From the NCBI GenBank assembly GCA_004321885.1, contig SCQK01000005.1, forward strand, positions 1 to 38,966: a stretch of DNA of 38,966 nt, read 5' to 3'. Every line of letters begins with the position of its first letter. Within the stretch, counting starts at the first letter, position 1. A model generated the notes under the pieces. That model ran no database searches. It was given only the letters and a program-made list of their open reading frames with translations, and was not told the DNA's origin. The translations under genes were made by a program, and so were the position numbers. This DNA comes from Patescibacteria group bacterium. Lineage in GTDB: Bacteria; Patescibacteriota; Patescibacteriia; Magasanikbacterales; GWA2-37-8. Below, piece after piece: positions 1 through 8,250 of the stretch.

Positions 1-94
1 TCGTGCCGTTTTTGATCGCTGTAAGCACTTCGTGCTTGAGCGATAGATCGTGTTGTTTGGCCATATCCCTTTATGATAGGCGAAACGAGAATAT

Positions 95-577
95 GTGTAC
101 AGTATACGGGGTACACACCATACCGATGGTAAGGACTGCCAACTTGGCAAGTGCATCTGCACATGGTACAAGTCGCTCTGCAACGGGAAATGTATCACCA
201 CGATGTGGGATTCAAAGAATTGCGGAGCGTGCGGTAACCAATGTCCGGCTGGACAGATGTGCGAGGTTGGAAAATGTAGCAACACCTGCAATACCGCGTA
301 TTGGCCTGGCGATCTCCAGATTTGCGGCAGCGAATGCATGAATACCACCTGGGACCCGGACAATTGCGGGTCCTGCGGTCGTAAGTGCAATGGCCAAAAC
401 ATAGTGGTTAGAAAATGCACCTTTGATTGCACGGGTGACTGCGAAAACGGCTTCTTGGACTGTGATGACAACCAGTTCGAGAACGGCTGCGAGGTAGACG
501 CCATGAACGACCCCAACAACTGCGGGGACTGCGGCGTGAAATGCCCCAACGCCTGCGTGAACGGCGTCTGCAAGTAA
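95..577 (+). CDS. Cys-rich repeat protein (Stig1-like NCGxCGxxC repeats), 160 aa; GTG start, no signal peptide seen, may be a fragment
   Basis: ORF track 95..577; 27 Cys in 160 aa with repeated DxxNCGxCGxxC modules (DSKNCGACGNQC, DPDNCGSCGRKC, DPNNCGDCGVKC); in-frame stops at 74-79 leave GTG 95 as first start; hairpin+T-run terminator follows. Confidence 0.45.
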   Translation: MYSIRGTHHTDGKDCQLGKCICTWYKSLCNGKCITTMWDSKNCGACGNQCPAGQMCEVGKCSNTCNTAYWPGDLQICGSECMNTTWDPDNCGSCGRKCNGQNIVVRKCTFDCTGDCENGFLDCDDNQFENGCEVDAMNDPNNCGDCGVKCPNACVNGVCK

Positions 578-621
578 AGCGACGCCCACCGCACTATGGG
601 GTTACTCGCCTCACGTGAATT

Positions 622-650
622 CCCCGACACGTAGAAATTTCGGGGTTTTT
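622..650 (+). terminator. Rho-independent terminator (ccccga..tcgggg + TTTTT)
   Basis: stem ccccga/tcgggg at 622-645 followed by T5; lies between convergent genes. Confidence 0.55.
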
Positions 651-756
651 CAAAAGCAGCTTTTTTCAAGGCTGTTTTTGTTTTTTTTGTAAATAAAAAA
701 AAACGACAGCCGATGGTGACTGCCGACCTCCCGCTCATGCCGACGGGCTGGCGTTG

Positions 757-1350
757 TTAGTTCTTTTTCTTTTCTCTCTTTATCGCCTCCTTTGTGCAAT
801 GAGCGGCGAGCGCCGCGTCGTCGAATTTCATTATCTCCTCTTCGGAGATTCCTTCTACTTCATCCATCCTGGCCCAGCTGTCCATGAGCGTCTCAACTAC
901 CAGCAGAGCGATTTCTTGCGCTGCTGGTGTTATTGAGAAGCCTTTGGCGCCGAAGAGATTCGTTTGTGCGAGCTGGGAAGCGGATGCTCTCACCCCGTAG
1001 ACGTGGCAGAATGTCAGGTCGGCGCCGATGAGACTGGCGCCTTCCATGTTTGCATCTTTCAGGTTAGCGCTGGAGAGACGAGCTCCCTGCAGGTTCGCAT
1101 TGTGGAAGTTGGCTTCACAGAGATCGGAAGCGCCTAGGTTGGCATGACGCAGATTCGCGTTCGCGAAGTTCGCGCCGCGAAGGTTGCACCCGGCGAGTAC
1201 GATCTTGGTGAGGTCAGCCCCACTCAAATCTATTCCGTCCAAGTCGAGCGTGGGGGAGTCGTTTTCTTTCAGATACTCGTTGAATACTTCGGCACCCGCA
1301 CGGATGATAATAGCTACTTCATCTATTGTCATTTCGTCCAGTTTTTTCAT
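757..1350 (-). CDS. pentapeptide-repeat protein (~198 aa)
   Basis: ORF 757..1635(-) contains long run of A(D/N)LxxA(N)L pentapeptide repeats (GADLTKIVLAGCNLRGANFANANLRHANLGASDLCEANFHNANLQGARLSSANLKDANMEGASLIGADL); start trimmed to ATG at 1350 (MKKLDEMTIDE) which has GGAGG 9 nt upstream; longer ORF N-terminus would overlap palindromic repeat and start of next gene. Confidence 0.75.
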   Translation of the reverse strand: MKKLDEMTIDEVAIIIRAGAEVFNEYLKENDSPTLDLDGIDLSGADLTKIVLAGCNLRGANFANANLRHANLGASDLCEANFHNANLQGARLSSANLKDANMEGASLIGADLTFCHVYGVRASASQLAQTNLFGAKGFSITPAAQEIALLVVETLMDSWARMDEVEGISEEEIMKFDDAALAAHCTKEAIKREKKKN

Positions 1351-1506
1351 TGTCAATTTCCTCCTCACAAATTTCCATCCGCGGATTGAAACTTGTGAGG
1401 GGTGCTGACATGTTTGCCCTCCTAACTGATTGATGCTACTACAAAACAGGCGGTTTGTCAAGGTGGGCCATGTGCGATATAATGTAAGCCGTAACCCCAC
1501 CCTGTG

Positions 1507-1530
1507 TCCCTCCCCTAATAGGGGAGGGGA
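1507..1530. repeat. family-1 palindromic element (CCCTCCCC-TAATA-GGGGAGGG); supplies GGAGG SD for gene at 1541
   Basis: perfect inverted repeat ccctcccctaataggggaggg directly upstream of ATG 1541. Confidence 0.8.
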
Positions 1531-1540
1531 ATAATAAACT

Positions 1541-2965
1541 ATGCAAATATCTTTTTTTGGGGCGGCGAGGGAGGTGACCGGCTCGTGCAATTTGCTTGAA
1601 GCGGGCAAGCACAAAATTTTGATTGACTGCGGCATGTTTCAGGGCAGTGATTTTAATGAGGGAAAAAATTCCGACCCCCTGCCGTTTAATCCGGCCGAAC
1701 TCTCGGCCGTAATTGTCACGCACGCGCACTTGGACCACACCGGCCGTTTGCCACTTTTAATCAAAGGCGGATTTGATGGATATTTCTACGCCACGCCTGC
1801 CACGGTGGAATTGACCCAGTTGGTTTTGGAAGACGCGCTGGAAGTGATGGTATACAACAACCGCAAGTTCGGCAGTCCGATTTTGTACAGCCAAGAAGAC
1901 GTGGCCGGCGTGATGGGGCGGTTCAAGGCGGTGGAGTACGGGGAGACGATGTGTTTACCCCTCCCTCGCCCTCCCCTTATAAAGGGGAGGGGAAATGTTC
2001 GCCTCCCCCTTAATAAGGGGGAGGAACAGGAGGGGGTCGGAATGACAATGTACGATGCCGGGCATATTTTTGGTTCGGCTTTTGTGGAAATTGAAGCCGA
2101 AGGCAAGAGAGTGGTTTTTTCCGGCGACATCGGCAACGTGGATGTGCCTATTTTGAAAGACACGGAGCCGCTCATGGAAAATATTGACGCGCTGATTTGC
2201 GAATCCACTTATGGCAACCGTTTGCACGAGAGCGCCGCGCAAAGGCAAGACATCATTGAAAAGTTTGTCAAAGAGGCCATCGCGCGCGGCGGCACCTTGA
2301 TGATACCGTCGTTTTCTCTGGAGCGCACGCAGGAACTTTTGTACATCTTAAACGATTTGACGGACAGAAAGCACAAACTGCCACGGGTGCCGATTTTTCT
2401 GGACAGCCCGCTGGCCATTGGCGCGACCAAGGTTTACCGCAAATATCCGCGCTATTATGACGAGGACGCGGTTAAGTTGTTTAACGAAGGCGACGACTTG
2501 TTTGAATTTCCGGGCCTCACCATGTGCGACACGAAAGAAGAATCAAAGCGAATAAACCAGGTGCCTAATCCGAAGATAATTATCGCCGGAGCCGGCATGA
2601 TGAACGGCGGCAGGATTTTGCATCATGCCTTGCGCTATTTGACCGACGAGCAGAGCACTTTGCTGATTATCGGATATCAGGCGCAAAATACTTTAGGCCG
2701 GCAAATTCTGGACGGCAAATCCCCGGTGCGCGTGATGGCGGAGAATATTCCGGTGCGCTGTAGCGTGCAAGCCATCGGCGCGTTGTCGGCGCACGCTGAC
2801 CAGGAAAAATTACTGGACTGGATGGGCGGAGGAAAAATGCTGCCTAAAAAAGTTTACCTTAATCACGGCGAGCCCGAGGCAAGCGATGGTTTGGCCGCGC
2901 GGCTCAAAGAGGATTTTGGAGTGAAAGCGACGGTGGTGAATTTGGGATTGAGTGTGAAGGTTTGA
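1541..2965 (+). CDS. MBL-fold beta-CASP ribonuclease (CPSF73/RNase J-like family), 474 aa, with in-frame palindromic-element insert
   Basis: MQISFFGAAREVTGSC...LIDCGMFQG N-terminus and HAHLDHTGRLP (HxHxDH) motif typical of beta-CASP RNA-metabolising metallo-beta-lactamases; internal segment LPLPRPPLIKGRGNVRLPLNKGEEQEG encoded by two tandem family-1 repeat copies. Confidence 0.85.
   Translation: MQISFFGAAREVTGSCNLLEAGKHKILIDCGMFQGSDFNEGKNSDPLPFNPAELSAVIVTHAHLDHTGRLPLLIKGGFDGYFYATPATVELTQLVLEDALEVMVYNNRKFGSPILYSQEDVAGVMGRFKAVEYGETMCLPLPRPPLIKGRGNVRLPLNKGEEQEGVGMTMYDAGHIFGSAFVEIEAEGKRVVFSGDIGNVDVPILKDTEPLMENIDALICESTYGNRLHESAAQRQDIIEKFVKEAIARGGTLMIPSFSLERTQELLYILNDLTDRKHKLPRVPIFLDSPLAIGATKVYRKYPRYYDEDAVKLFNEGDDLFEFPGLTMCDTKEESKRINQVPNPKIIIAGAGMMNGGRILHHALRYLTDEQSTLLIIGYQAQNTLGRQILDGKSPVRVMAENIPVRCSVQAIGALSAHADQEKLLDWMGGGKMLPKKVYLNHGEPEASDGLAARLKEDFGVKATVVNLGLSVKV
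1957..1994. repeat. family-1 palindromic element, copy inside RNase CDS (in frame)
   Basis: cccctccctcgccctccccttataaaggggagggg; translated PLPRPPLIKGRG. Confidence 0.8.
2001..2025. repeat. family-1 palindromic element, second tandem copy inside RNase CDS
   Basis: cgcctcccccttaataagggggagg; translated RLPLNKGEE. Confidence 0.75.
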
Positions 2966-2990
2966 AATAATTTATAGTTAGTTATCCACA

Positions 2991-3016
2991 GCCCGCCCAA
3001 GGCGGGCTTTTTTGTT
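2991..3016 (+). terminator. Rho-independent terminator
   Basis: gcccgcc-caa-ggcgggc stem followed by TTTTTTGTTGTT. Confidence 0.75.
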
Positions 3017-3051
3017 GTTAAATTAGCGCAAAAAGAAAATGGGTGGGAGTG

Positions 3052-3080
3052 TTGACGAGTGTTTTGAAGTGGTGTAAAAT
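3052..3080 (+). promoter_or_regulatory. sigma70-like promoter for mraZ operon (TTGACG-17-TAAAAT)
   Basis: TTGACG at 3052-3057, 17-nt spacer, TAAAAT at 3075-3080, ~45 nt upstream of mraZ. Confidence 0.55.
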
Positions 3081-3123
3081 GGAATGTAGTGGGGAAATGT
3101 GGAGATGCTGAAATAAATTCAGC

Positions 3124-3567
3124 ATGACAATCAGTATGTTCATAGGTGAATTTTCGCACAACTTGGATGACAAGGGCCGGTTGGCTGTCCCGAAAAAGTT
3201 CAGGAGCGATTTGGCCAAGGGAGCGGTTGTAACGCGCGGACTGGACAACTGTCTTTTTCTTTACACAAAAAAAGAATGGGAGAAGCTGGCGCAGAAATTG
3301 GCGACGCTACCTTTTGCCAGCGCCAACAACCGGGCGTTTTCGCGCCTGATGTTGGCCGGCGCGATGGATGCCGAGGTTGACGGACAGGGCAGAGTGATGT
3401 TGCCGGAATATTTGCGCCGTTTCGCCAATTTGAAAAAGAACGTGGTCATAGCCGGTCTTTATAACCGGCTGGAAATCTGGGATGAAGAGATATGGAACAA
3501 ATACAAAGGAGCGACCGAGGCCGAGAGCGGGGCCATAGCCGAGAAAATGGCAGAATTGGGGGTTTAA
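3124..3567 (+). CDS. mraZ: transcriptional regulator MraZ
   Basis: two MraZ/AbrB-like repeats with DxKGRxxxP motifs (LDDKGRLAVPKKFR; VDGQGRVMLPEYLR); MFIGEF N-terminus (alternative start at 3136); followed by rsmH. Confidence 0.9.
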   Translation: MTISMFIGEFSHNLDDKGRLAVPKKFRSDLAKGAVVTRGLDNCLFLYTKKEWEKLAQKLATLPFASANNRAFSRLMLAGAMDAEVDGQGRVMLPEYLRRFANLKKNVVIAGLYNRLEIWDEEIWNKYKGATEAESGAIAEKMAELGV

Positions 3568-3618
3568 TGAAATTTTCAATGCTCAATGATCAATTTTCAA
3601 TCAATTATCAATTCGCAA

Positions 3619-3673
3619 TTGGAAATTGATAATTGGAAATTCATTGGAAATTGTAAATTGTAAATTGGAAATT
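3619..3673. promoter_or_regulatory. array of TTGGAAATT/GTAAATT direct repeats in mraZ-rsmH intergenic region
   Basis: aattggaaattgataattggaaattcattggaaattgtaaattgtaaattggaaatt; same motif (reverse complement) recurs at 8153-8169. Confidence 0.4.
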
Positions 3674-3675
3674 AT

Positions 3676-4599
3676 ATGTCACGTCACATTCCTGTTTTAC
3701 TGAAAGAAGTTATTGATTCATTACAATTAAAATCCAACGATAATGTAATTGATTGTACCTTGGGCGACGCCGGCCACGCCGAAGCGATTCTAAACGTGAC
3801 CGCGCCGAACGGAAAACTGTTGGGCATAGACACGGACGCCGAAGCGCTCTTGCGGGCCAAGCGATTTTTATACGGATTCGGCGAACGCGCGATTTACAGC
3901 CGCGGCAATTTCGTTGATTTGGGGAAAATAGCGCGTGAAAACAAATTCGGACAAGCGCAAGGCATATTGATGGACCTGGGCTGGTCCAGCCCGCAGTTTG
4001 AAGAACGAGGCAGGGGATTCAGCTTCGCTAACGACGAACCGCTGGACATGCGCTACGCGCCGGAATGGCAAACCGCCGCCGAACTGATAAACGATTCAAG
4101 CGAAAAAGAACTGGCGAAAATTTTCAAACAATACGGCGAAGAAAAGTTAAGCGCGGAAATAGCGGCCGCGCTCGCGGAAGCAAAAAAAACTGCGCCGATT
4201 GAAACCACTAAACAATTAGTGGAAATAATTTTACAAGTTTATAGAAAGAAATTACACAGCGAGAGAGAGGTTCCGTGGGTGGGCGGATTGCACCCGGCCA
4301 CCAAGGTGTTCCAAGCCCTGCGCATAGCGGTGAACAACGAGCTTGAAGCAATCGGACAAGCTTTGCCTCAAGCGGTTGCGCTGCTGGCGCAGGGCCTGCC
4401 TGCCGGTAGGCATGGCGGACGGCTGGCGGTCATCACATTCCACTCGCTGGAAGACCGCGTGGTCAAACAGTATTTCAAATCAATTGAGAATAAACAAATA
4501 AAAATAATCACGCCCAAGCCGCTCGGCGCCTCGGACGCGGAAGCGGAACAAAATCCGCGAGCACGCAGCGCGAAATTGCGGGTGATAGAAAGAATATAA
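3676..4599 (+). CDS. rsmH: 16S rRNA (cytosine1402-N4)-methyltransferase RsmH (MraW)
   Basis: IDCTLGDAGHAEAIL, DLGWSSPQF, PLDMRY, FHSLEDRVVK, NPRARSAKLRVIE motifs; position after mraZ. Confidence 0.92.
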   Translation: MSRHIPVLLKEVIDSLQLKSNDNVIDCTLGDAGHAEAILNVTAPNGKLLGIDTDAEALLRAKRFLYGFGERAIYSRGNFVDLGKIARENKFGQAQGILMDLGWSSPQFEERGRGFSFANDEPLDMRYAPEWQTAAELINDSSEKELAKIFKQYGEEKLSAEIAAALAEAKKTAPIETTKQLVEIILQVYRKKLHSEREVPWVGGLHPATKVFQALRIAVNNELEAIGQALPQAVALLAQGLPAGRHGGRLAVITFHSLEDRVVKQYFKSIENKQIKIITPKPLGASDAEAEQNPRARSAKLRVIERI

Positions 4600-4608
4600 A
4601 TTTCGTTT

Positions 4609-4989
4609 ATGATTTCCAACTGTCATTCCTGCGCAAGCAGGAATCCATCAATATCCAAACGCGCGCGTTTAGTAAGATTTTTTCAAAACATCTCTTTGCC
4701 GGGTTGGCTGACTTCGGTCGCGTTTAGATTAATTTGCCTGGCGATCGCGGCCGGATTCGGTTTCCTGTATGTGGCGAAGACAGCGTCTACGTCCGCGAAC
4801 GGATACAAAATAAATACTCTGGAAAAAGAAACCATCGCGCTGGAAAAAGAAATAGATGAATTGCAGGTGCGGCTGGCCGATTATAGCTCCATGCAAAATA
4901 TTCAAAGCCGGCTGGCCCAGTCCAATATGGCGCCGGTAACTGAATTGAGTTTTTATTCTTCGGTCGGAAAGATTGTGGCCAAGCGATAA
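4609..4989 (+). CDS. FtsL-like cell-division protein (single TM + coiled coil); true start probably downstream of the family-2 element (e.g. TTG near 4700)
   Basis: ORF 4609..4989; TM helix LICLAIAAGFGFLYV followed by coiled coil TLEKETIALEKEIDELQVRLADY; location after rsmH as in dcw clusters; first 13 codons of ORF are the translated hairpin repeat. Confidence 0.45.
   Translation: MISNCHSCASRNPSISKRARLVRFFQNISLPGWLTSVAFRLICLAIAAGFGFLYVAKTASTSANGYKINTLEKETIALEKEIDELQVRLADYSSMQNIQSRLAQSNMAPVTELSFYSSVGKIVAKR
4621..4647. repeat. family-2 hairpin element (TGTCATTCCTGC-gcaagc-GCAGGAATCCA)
   Basis: tgtcattcctgcgcaagcaggaatcca; related copies at 10229, 24045, 34599, 35575, partial at 9794. Confidence 0.7.
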
Positions 4990-5368
4990 TTTTTGTGGTA
5001 CAATACTGGCTGTTATGCCTATTCTTGTATTACAACGGCTGGCCTTGGAAGCGATTCTGGATTTTTTTTATTGGCCTTTTTGGTGGTACAGCAAAGGCGC
5101 GGCGCACGCGGCCAAATGGTGCGCGCATTTGTTTAGAAATATTGAGAACTCTTTGGCGCCCGGGCTGTGGTTGAAAAACATATTCGTGCCCATGTACGGC
5201 CAATACGACTGGCAAGGCCGGCTGGTCAGTTTCTTCATGCGCCTGATACAAATAATTTTCCGCGGCATCGCCGCGTTGGTATTTTTATTGGTTTGTTTCG
5301 GGTTGTTTTTGGTTTGGCTGGTTTTGCCGGTTATTGTTTTGTACGGGTTAGTTTCCGCCATATTGTGA
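4973..5368 (+). CDS. small hypothetical membrane protein
   Basis: ORF 4973..5368, hydrophobic segments (ILAVMPILVLQ; IAALVFLLVCFGLFLVWLVLPVIVLYGLV); no recognisable family. Confidence 0.35.
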   Translation: MWPSDNFCGTILAVMPILVLQRLALEAILDFFYWPFWWYSKGAAHAAKWCAHLFRNIENSLAPGLWLKNIFVPMYGQYDWQGRLVSFFMRLIQIIFRGIAALVFLLVCFGLFLVWLVLPVIVLYGLVSAIL

Positions 5369-5369
5369 T

Positions 5370-8150
5370 ATGCTGTTTGAGAAAAATCCGCCGTTAAATA
5401 TAATGACCTGCCCGACGTGTAAATCCACGGGCCGGGCCGGTTGGAAAAAATGTCCCGAGTGCGGGGGCATGGCTTTGGGTCACGCGGCGCGCAACAAGTG
5501 GCTGTTTTGGGATTATCCGCTGGTTCGGCACCATCTTTTGCTGGAAAAAGGCCGGCGCGTGCTAAACAGAATCCGCGTGCTGACGGCTCTGTGCGCCGGC
5601 GTTGTGGCTTGGCTGGGCGCTGGTTTGGAAATTTACAAGCAATACAAAAAATTGCCGTTTAATTTATTTTCGCCCGCGGAGTGGCTGGACACTCTCGCTG
5701 GTTTGAACGTGCCGGGAAAATTTTTATTCTGGCTGGGCCTGGCCGCTTTTTGTTATGTCTGGTATCGCTCCATTCGGCACGGCGAGTTCATGGGGCAGGT
5801 GGAAAAATTTGATTACAACATGGATTCCAGCTCCCGGGCTGGAATGACAGTCACGCCCGCGAATTGGCGCGAGGCCAGAAAACTGGCGCGTGTCAAAAAG
5901 CGCAACATCGCCAAGGCCTTTACCGAAGAAGCGCTGAAAATTTTGGGCGAGGCGTATTTTTTCGCGGACAGGAACGGACAGCGCGAAGTGGCGCCCGCGC
6001 ATTTGTTCGCCGCCCTGCTTACTTCCAATCGCATCAGCAATGTTTTTTCACGGCTGGGTCTGCCCGCCGAGCAGGTGTTGAAAAAATTAACCCCGATTTT
6101 GCAGGCGCAGTCCAAGAGCCAAGACCATTTCACCATGCCTTTGCCTTCGGCGGATTTTTGTCAGGCGTTGTTCGTGGCGTACGAAGAAGCATACAACGGA
6201 CATCAGGAATACGTGAGCGTGACCGAGCTTTTGGCCGCGGCCGTGAAACAAACTCCGGAAATACAAGAATTGCTTTTTGATTTGAACGTCAACCATCAGA
6301 AGCTGGCCAACGTGATTGAGTGGGCGCGCATCAGGGAAAAACTTTATCGCCAGTATTTGCGTTTGCGCCGCGCCGCCTCGCATCATTCCAAACACGGCAT
6401 GGACAAAGCCATGACCGCCATCGCCACGCCATACCTGAATCAGTTCAGCGAAGACATGACTATGCTCGCGCACTTCGGCCATCTGGACGAGTGCGTGGCG
6501 CGCGAAACCGAAACCCAGGAAATTTTCCGCGTCATAGAAGGCGGACAGGCGAACGTTCTGCTCGTGGGCGATTTTGGCACAGGCAAAAGTTCCATCGTGG
6601 AAGGCATCGCCGGAAGAATGCTGACCGACGACGTGCCGGCGCGCTTGCGCGATAAGCGTTTGGTGCGGCTTAGCGTGCCGTCGCTGTTGGCCGGTACCAC
6701 TCCGGCCGGAGCCGTGGAGCGTTTGCGCAACATCATGAACGAGATGGCTCGCGCGCGCAACATTATTTTATACATCCACAATTTACACGAACTTATCGGC
6801 GTCTCGGCCGGCACGGGCAAGGGCAGTTTGGACGTGGCCGACACCTTGGCCGAGTTTTTGGGTGGGGGCCGGTTTCTCACCATCGCCGACACCACTGACG
6901 AATTTTTCGCCCAGCTGGTCGCCAGCACGGCCATCGCCAATGTTTTCACCAAAGTGGAAATTCCGGAAGTGGACGAAAACCAGGCCATTCAGGTTTTGGA
7001 ATCAAAAGCCGGACAGTTGGAATACAAACACAACGTATTTTTTTCCTACGACGCCCTGGAGCGCGCGGTTCAGCTCTCGGCCAAGTTTTTGCACGACACG
7101 CGCTTGCCGGGCAGCGCCCTGGAAGTGATGACCGAAGCCGCCAGTTTGACGCGCAGTAAAAAAGGCGAAAATACTTTGGTGACGGGCGAAGAAGTGGCCA
7201 AAGTGATTTCCGAGAAAAGCAAAGTGCCGGTGACAACAGTCACCAGCGACGAGTCGGCCAAACTTCTACAACTGGAAGAAGAGATGCACAAGCGCGTCAT
7301 CGGGCAGGATGAGGCCGTGAATTTGGTGGCCAACGCTTTGCGCCGCGCGCGCGCCGAGATACGCAGCGGCAAAAGACCCATCGCCAACTTTTTATTCATG
7401 GGTCCGACCGGCGTGGGCAAAACCGAGCTGGCCAAAACCATCGCCGAGGTGTATTTTGGCGGCGAGGAGCGCATGATACGTTTGGACATGAGCGAATTTC
7501 AGGAAGGCGGCAGTATTTACCGCATGATAGGCACGCCCGGGCAAAAGGGCACCGGCATTCTTACCGAAGCCGTGCGCAGTCATCCGTTTTCGCTTTTGCT
7601 TTTGGATGAAATTGAAAAAGCGGACAAAGACGTGTTAAACTTGTTTTTGCAGGTGATGGACGACGGCCGGCTCACCGACAGCACGGGCCGGGTGGTGGAT
7701 TTTACCAACGTGATTTTAATCGCCACTTCCAACGCCGGCACGTCGTATGTGCAGGAGCAAATGCGCGCCGGGCTGTCCAGCGAGGCCATCAAAGAGCGTT
7801 TGCTTCACGGTGAATTGAATAATTATTTTAGGCCCGAGTTTTTGAACCGCTTTGACGGAATAGTGTTGTTTAAGGCATTAGAACGCGAAGATATAAAAAA
7901 GATTGCCGGATTGATGCTGGCGCGCATCGGCAAGAATTTGGAAGAAAAAGGGATTGAGCTTGAGGTGGGCGACCCGGCATTGGAATTTTTGGCCCACATT
8001 GGTTTTGACCCGGAGTTTGGCGCGCGACCCATGCGTCGCGCTTTGCAGGAAAGGGTGGAGAATAAATTGGCTGAGTTGTTGTTGGGTGGGAAGCTCAAAC
8101 GAAAAGATAAGGTGGTGATAGGGGAAGGGGGAGAGATAACGGTGAAATGA
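5370..8150 (+). CDS. ClpC/ClpA-like double-AAA+ ATPase with N-terminal zinc ribbon and membrane anchor; degenerate D1 Walker B
   Basis: N-term CPTC...CPEC zinc ribbon then TM helices; two Clp-N repeats; D1 Walker A GDFGTGKSSIVEGIAGRM, D1 Walker B position reads ILYIHNLHELIG (IHN instead of IDE); D2 Walker A GPTGVGKTELAKTIA and Walker B/sensor LLLLDEIEKADKDVLNLFLQVMDDGRLTD. Confidence 0.8.
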   Translation: MLFEKNPPLNIMTCPTCKSTGRAGWKKCPECGGMALGHAARNKWLFWDYPLVRHHLLLEKGRRVLNRIRVLTALCAGVVAWLGAGLEIYKQYKKLPFNLFSPAEWLDTLAGLNVPGKFLFWLGLAAFCYVWYRSIRHGEFMGQVEKFDYNMDSSSRAGMTVTPANWREARKLARVKKRNIAKAFTEEALKILGEAYFFADRNGQREVAPAHLFAALLTSNRISNVFSRLGLPAEQVLKKLTPILQAQSKSQDHFTMPLPSADFCQALFVAYEEAYNGHQEYVSVTELLAAAVKQTPEIQELLFDLNVNHQKLANVIEWARIREKLYRQYLRLRRAASHHSKHGMDKAMTAIATPYLNQFSEDMTMLAHFGHLDECVARETETQEIFRVIEGGQANVLLVGDFGTGKSSIVEGIAGRMLTDDVPARLRDKRLVRLSVPSLLAGTTPAGAVERLRNIMNEMARARNIILYIHNLHELIGVSAGTGKGSLDVADTLAEFLGGGRFLTIADTTDEFFAQLVASTAIANVFTKVEIPEVDENQAIQVLESKAGQLEYKHNVFFSYDALERAVQLSAKFLHDTRLPGSALEVMTEAASLTRSKKGENTLVTGEEVAKVISEKSKVPVTTVTSDESAKLLQLEEEMHKRVIGQDEAVNLVANALRRARAEIRSGKRPIANFLFMGPTGVGKTELAKTIAEVYFGGEERMIRLDMSEFQEGGSIYRMIGTPGQKGTGILTEAVRSHPFSLLLLDEIEKADKDVLNLFLQVMDDGRLTDSTGRVVDFTNVILIATSNAGTSYVQEQMRAGLSSEAIKERLLHGELNNYFRPEFLNRFDGIVLFKALEREDIKKIAGLMLARIGKNLEEKGIELEVGDPALEFLAHIGFDPEFGARPMRRALQERVENKLAELLLGGKLKRKDKVVIGEGGEITVK

Positions 8151-8152
8151 CA

Positions 8153-8169
8153 AATTTCCAATTTCCAAT
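8153..8169. promoter_or_regulatory. AATTTCCAATTTCCAAT direct repeats (reverse complement of TTGGAAATT array at 3619)
   Basis: caaatttccaatttccaatg in intergenic region after ClpC-like gene. Confidence 0.35.
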
Positions 8170-8182
8170 GTCAAATTTGACA
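8169..8182. promoter_or_regulatory. perfect 14-nt palindrome TGTCAAATTTGACA upstream of MraY/WecA-like gene (candidate operator)
   Basis: self-complementary tgtcaaatttgaca ~70 nt upstream of ATG 8251. Confidence 0.35.
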
Positions 8183-8250
8183 TTAGTCATCGGACATTGA
8201 TTGGAAATGCTTCCCTTCGGTCAGAAAAAGGGTAATTAAAATTTGATATT

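Noticed and set aside
3-589. ORFs 3..341(+) and 212..589(-) overlapping the Cys-rich ORF
   Set aside because: They sit in alternative frames of the same region. The repetitive NCGxCG structure is only seen in frame 95..577.
1439-1738. ORF on minus strand spanning the palindromic element and the start of the RNase gene
   Set aside because: It overlaps the strongly supported beta-CASP RNase start and translates the repeat. It is likely spurious.
3568-3675. CRISPR-like array in AT-rich repeats between mraZ and rsmH
   Set aside because: The units are 9 nt with irregular short spacers. They are not 25-40 nt repeats with unique spacers, and there are no cas genes.
5724-7792. Multiple ORFs on both strands inside the Clp-like gene (e.g. 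6440..6988-, 7070..7489-)
   Set aside because: They are embedded in a gene with clear AAA+ motifs and have no motifs of their own.
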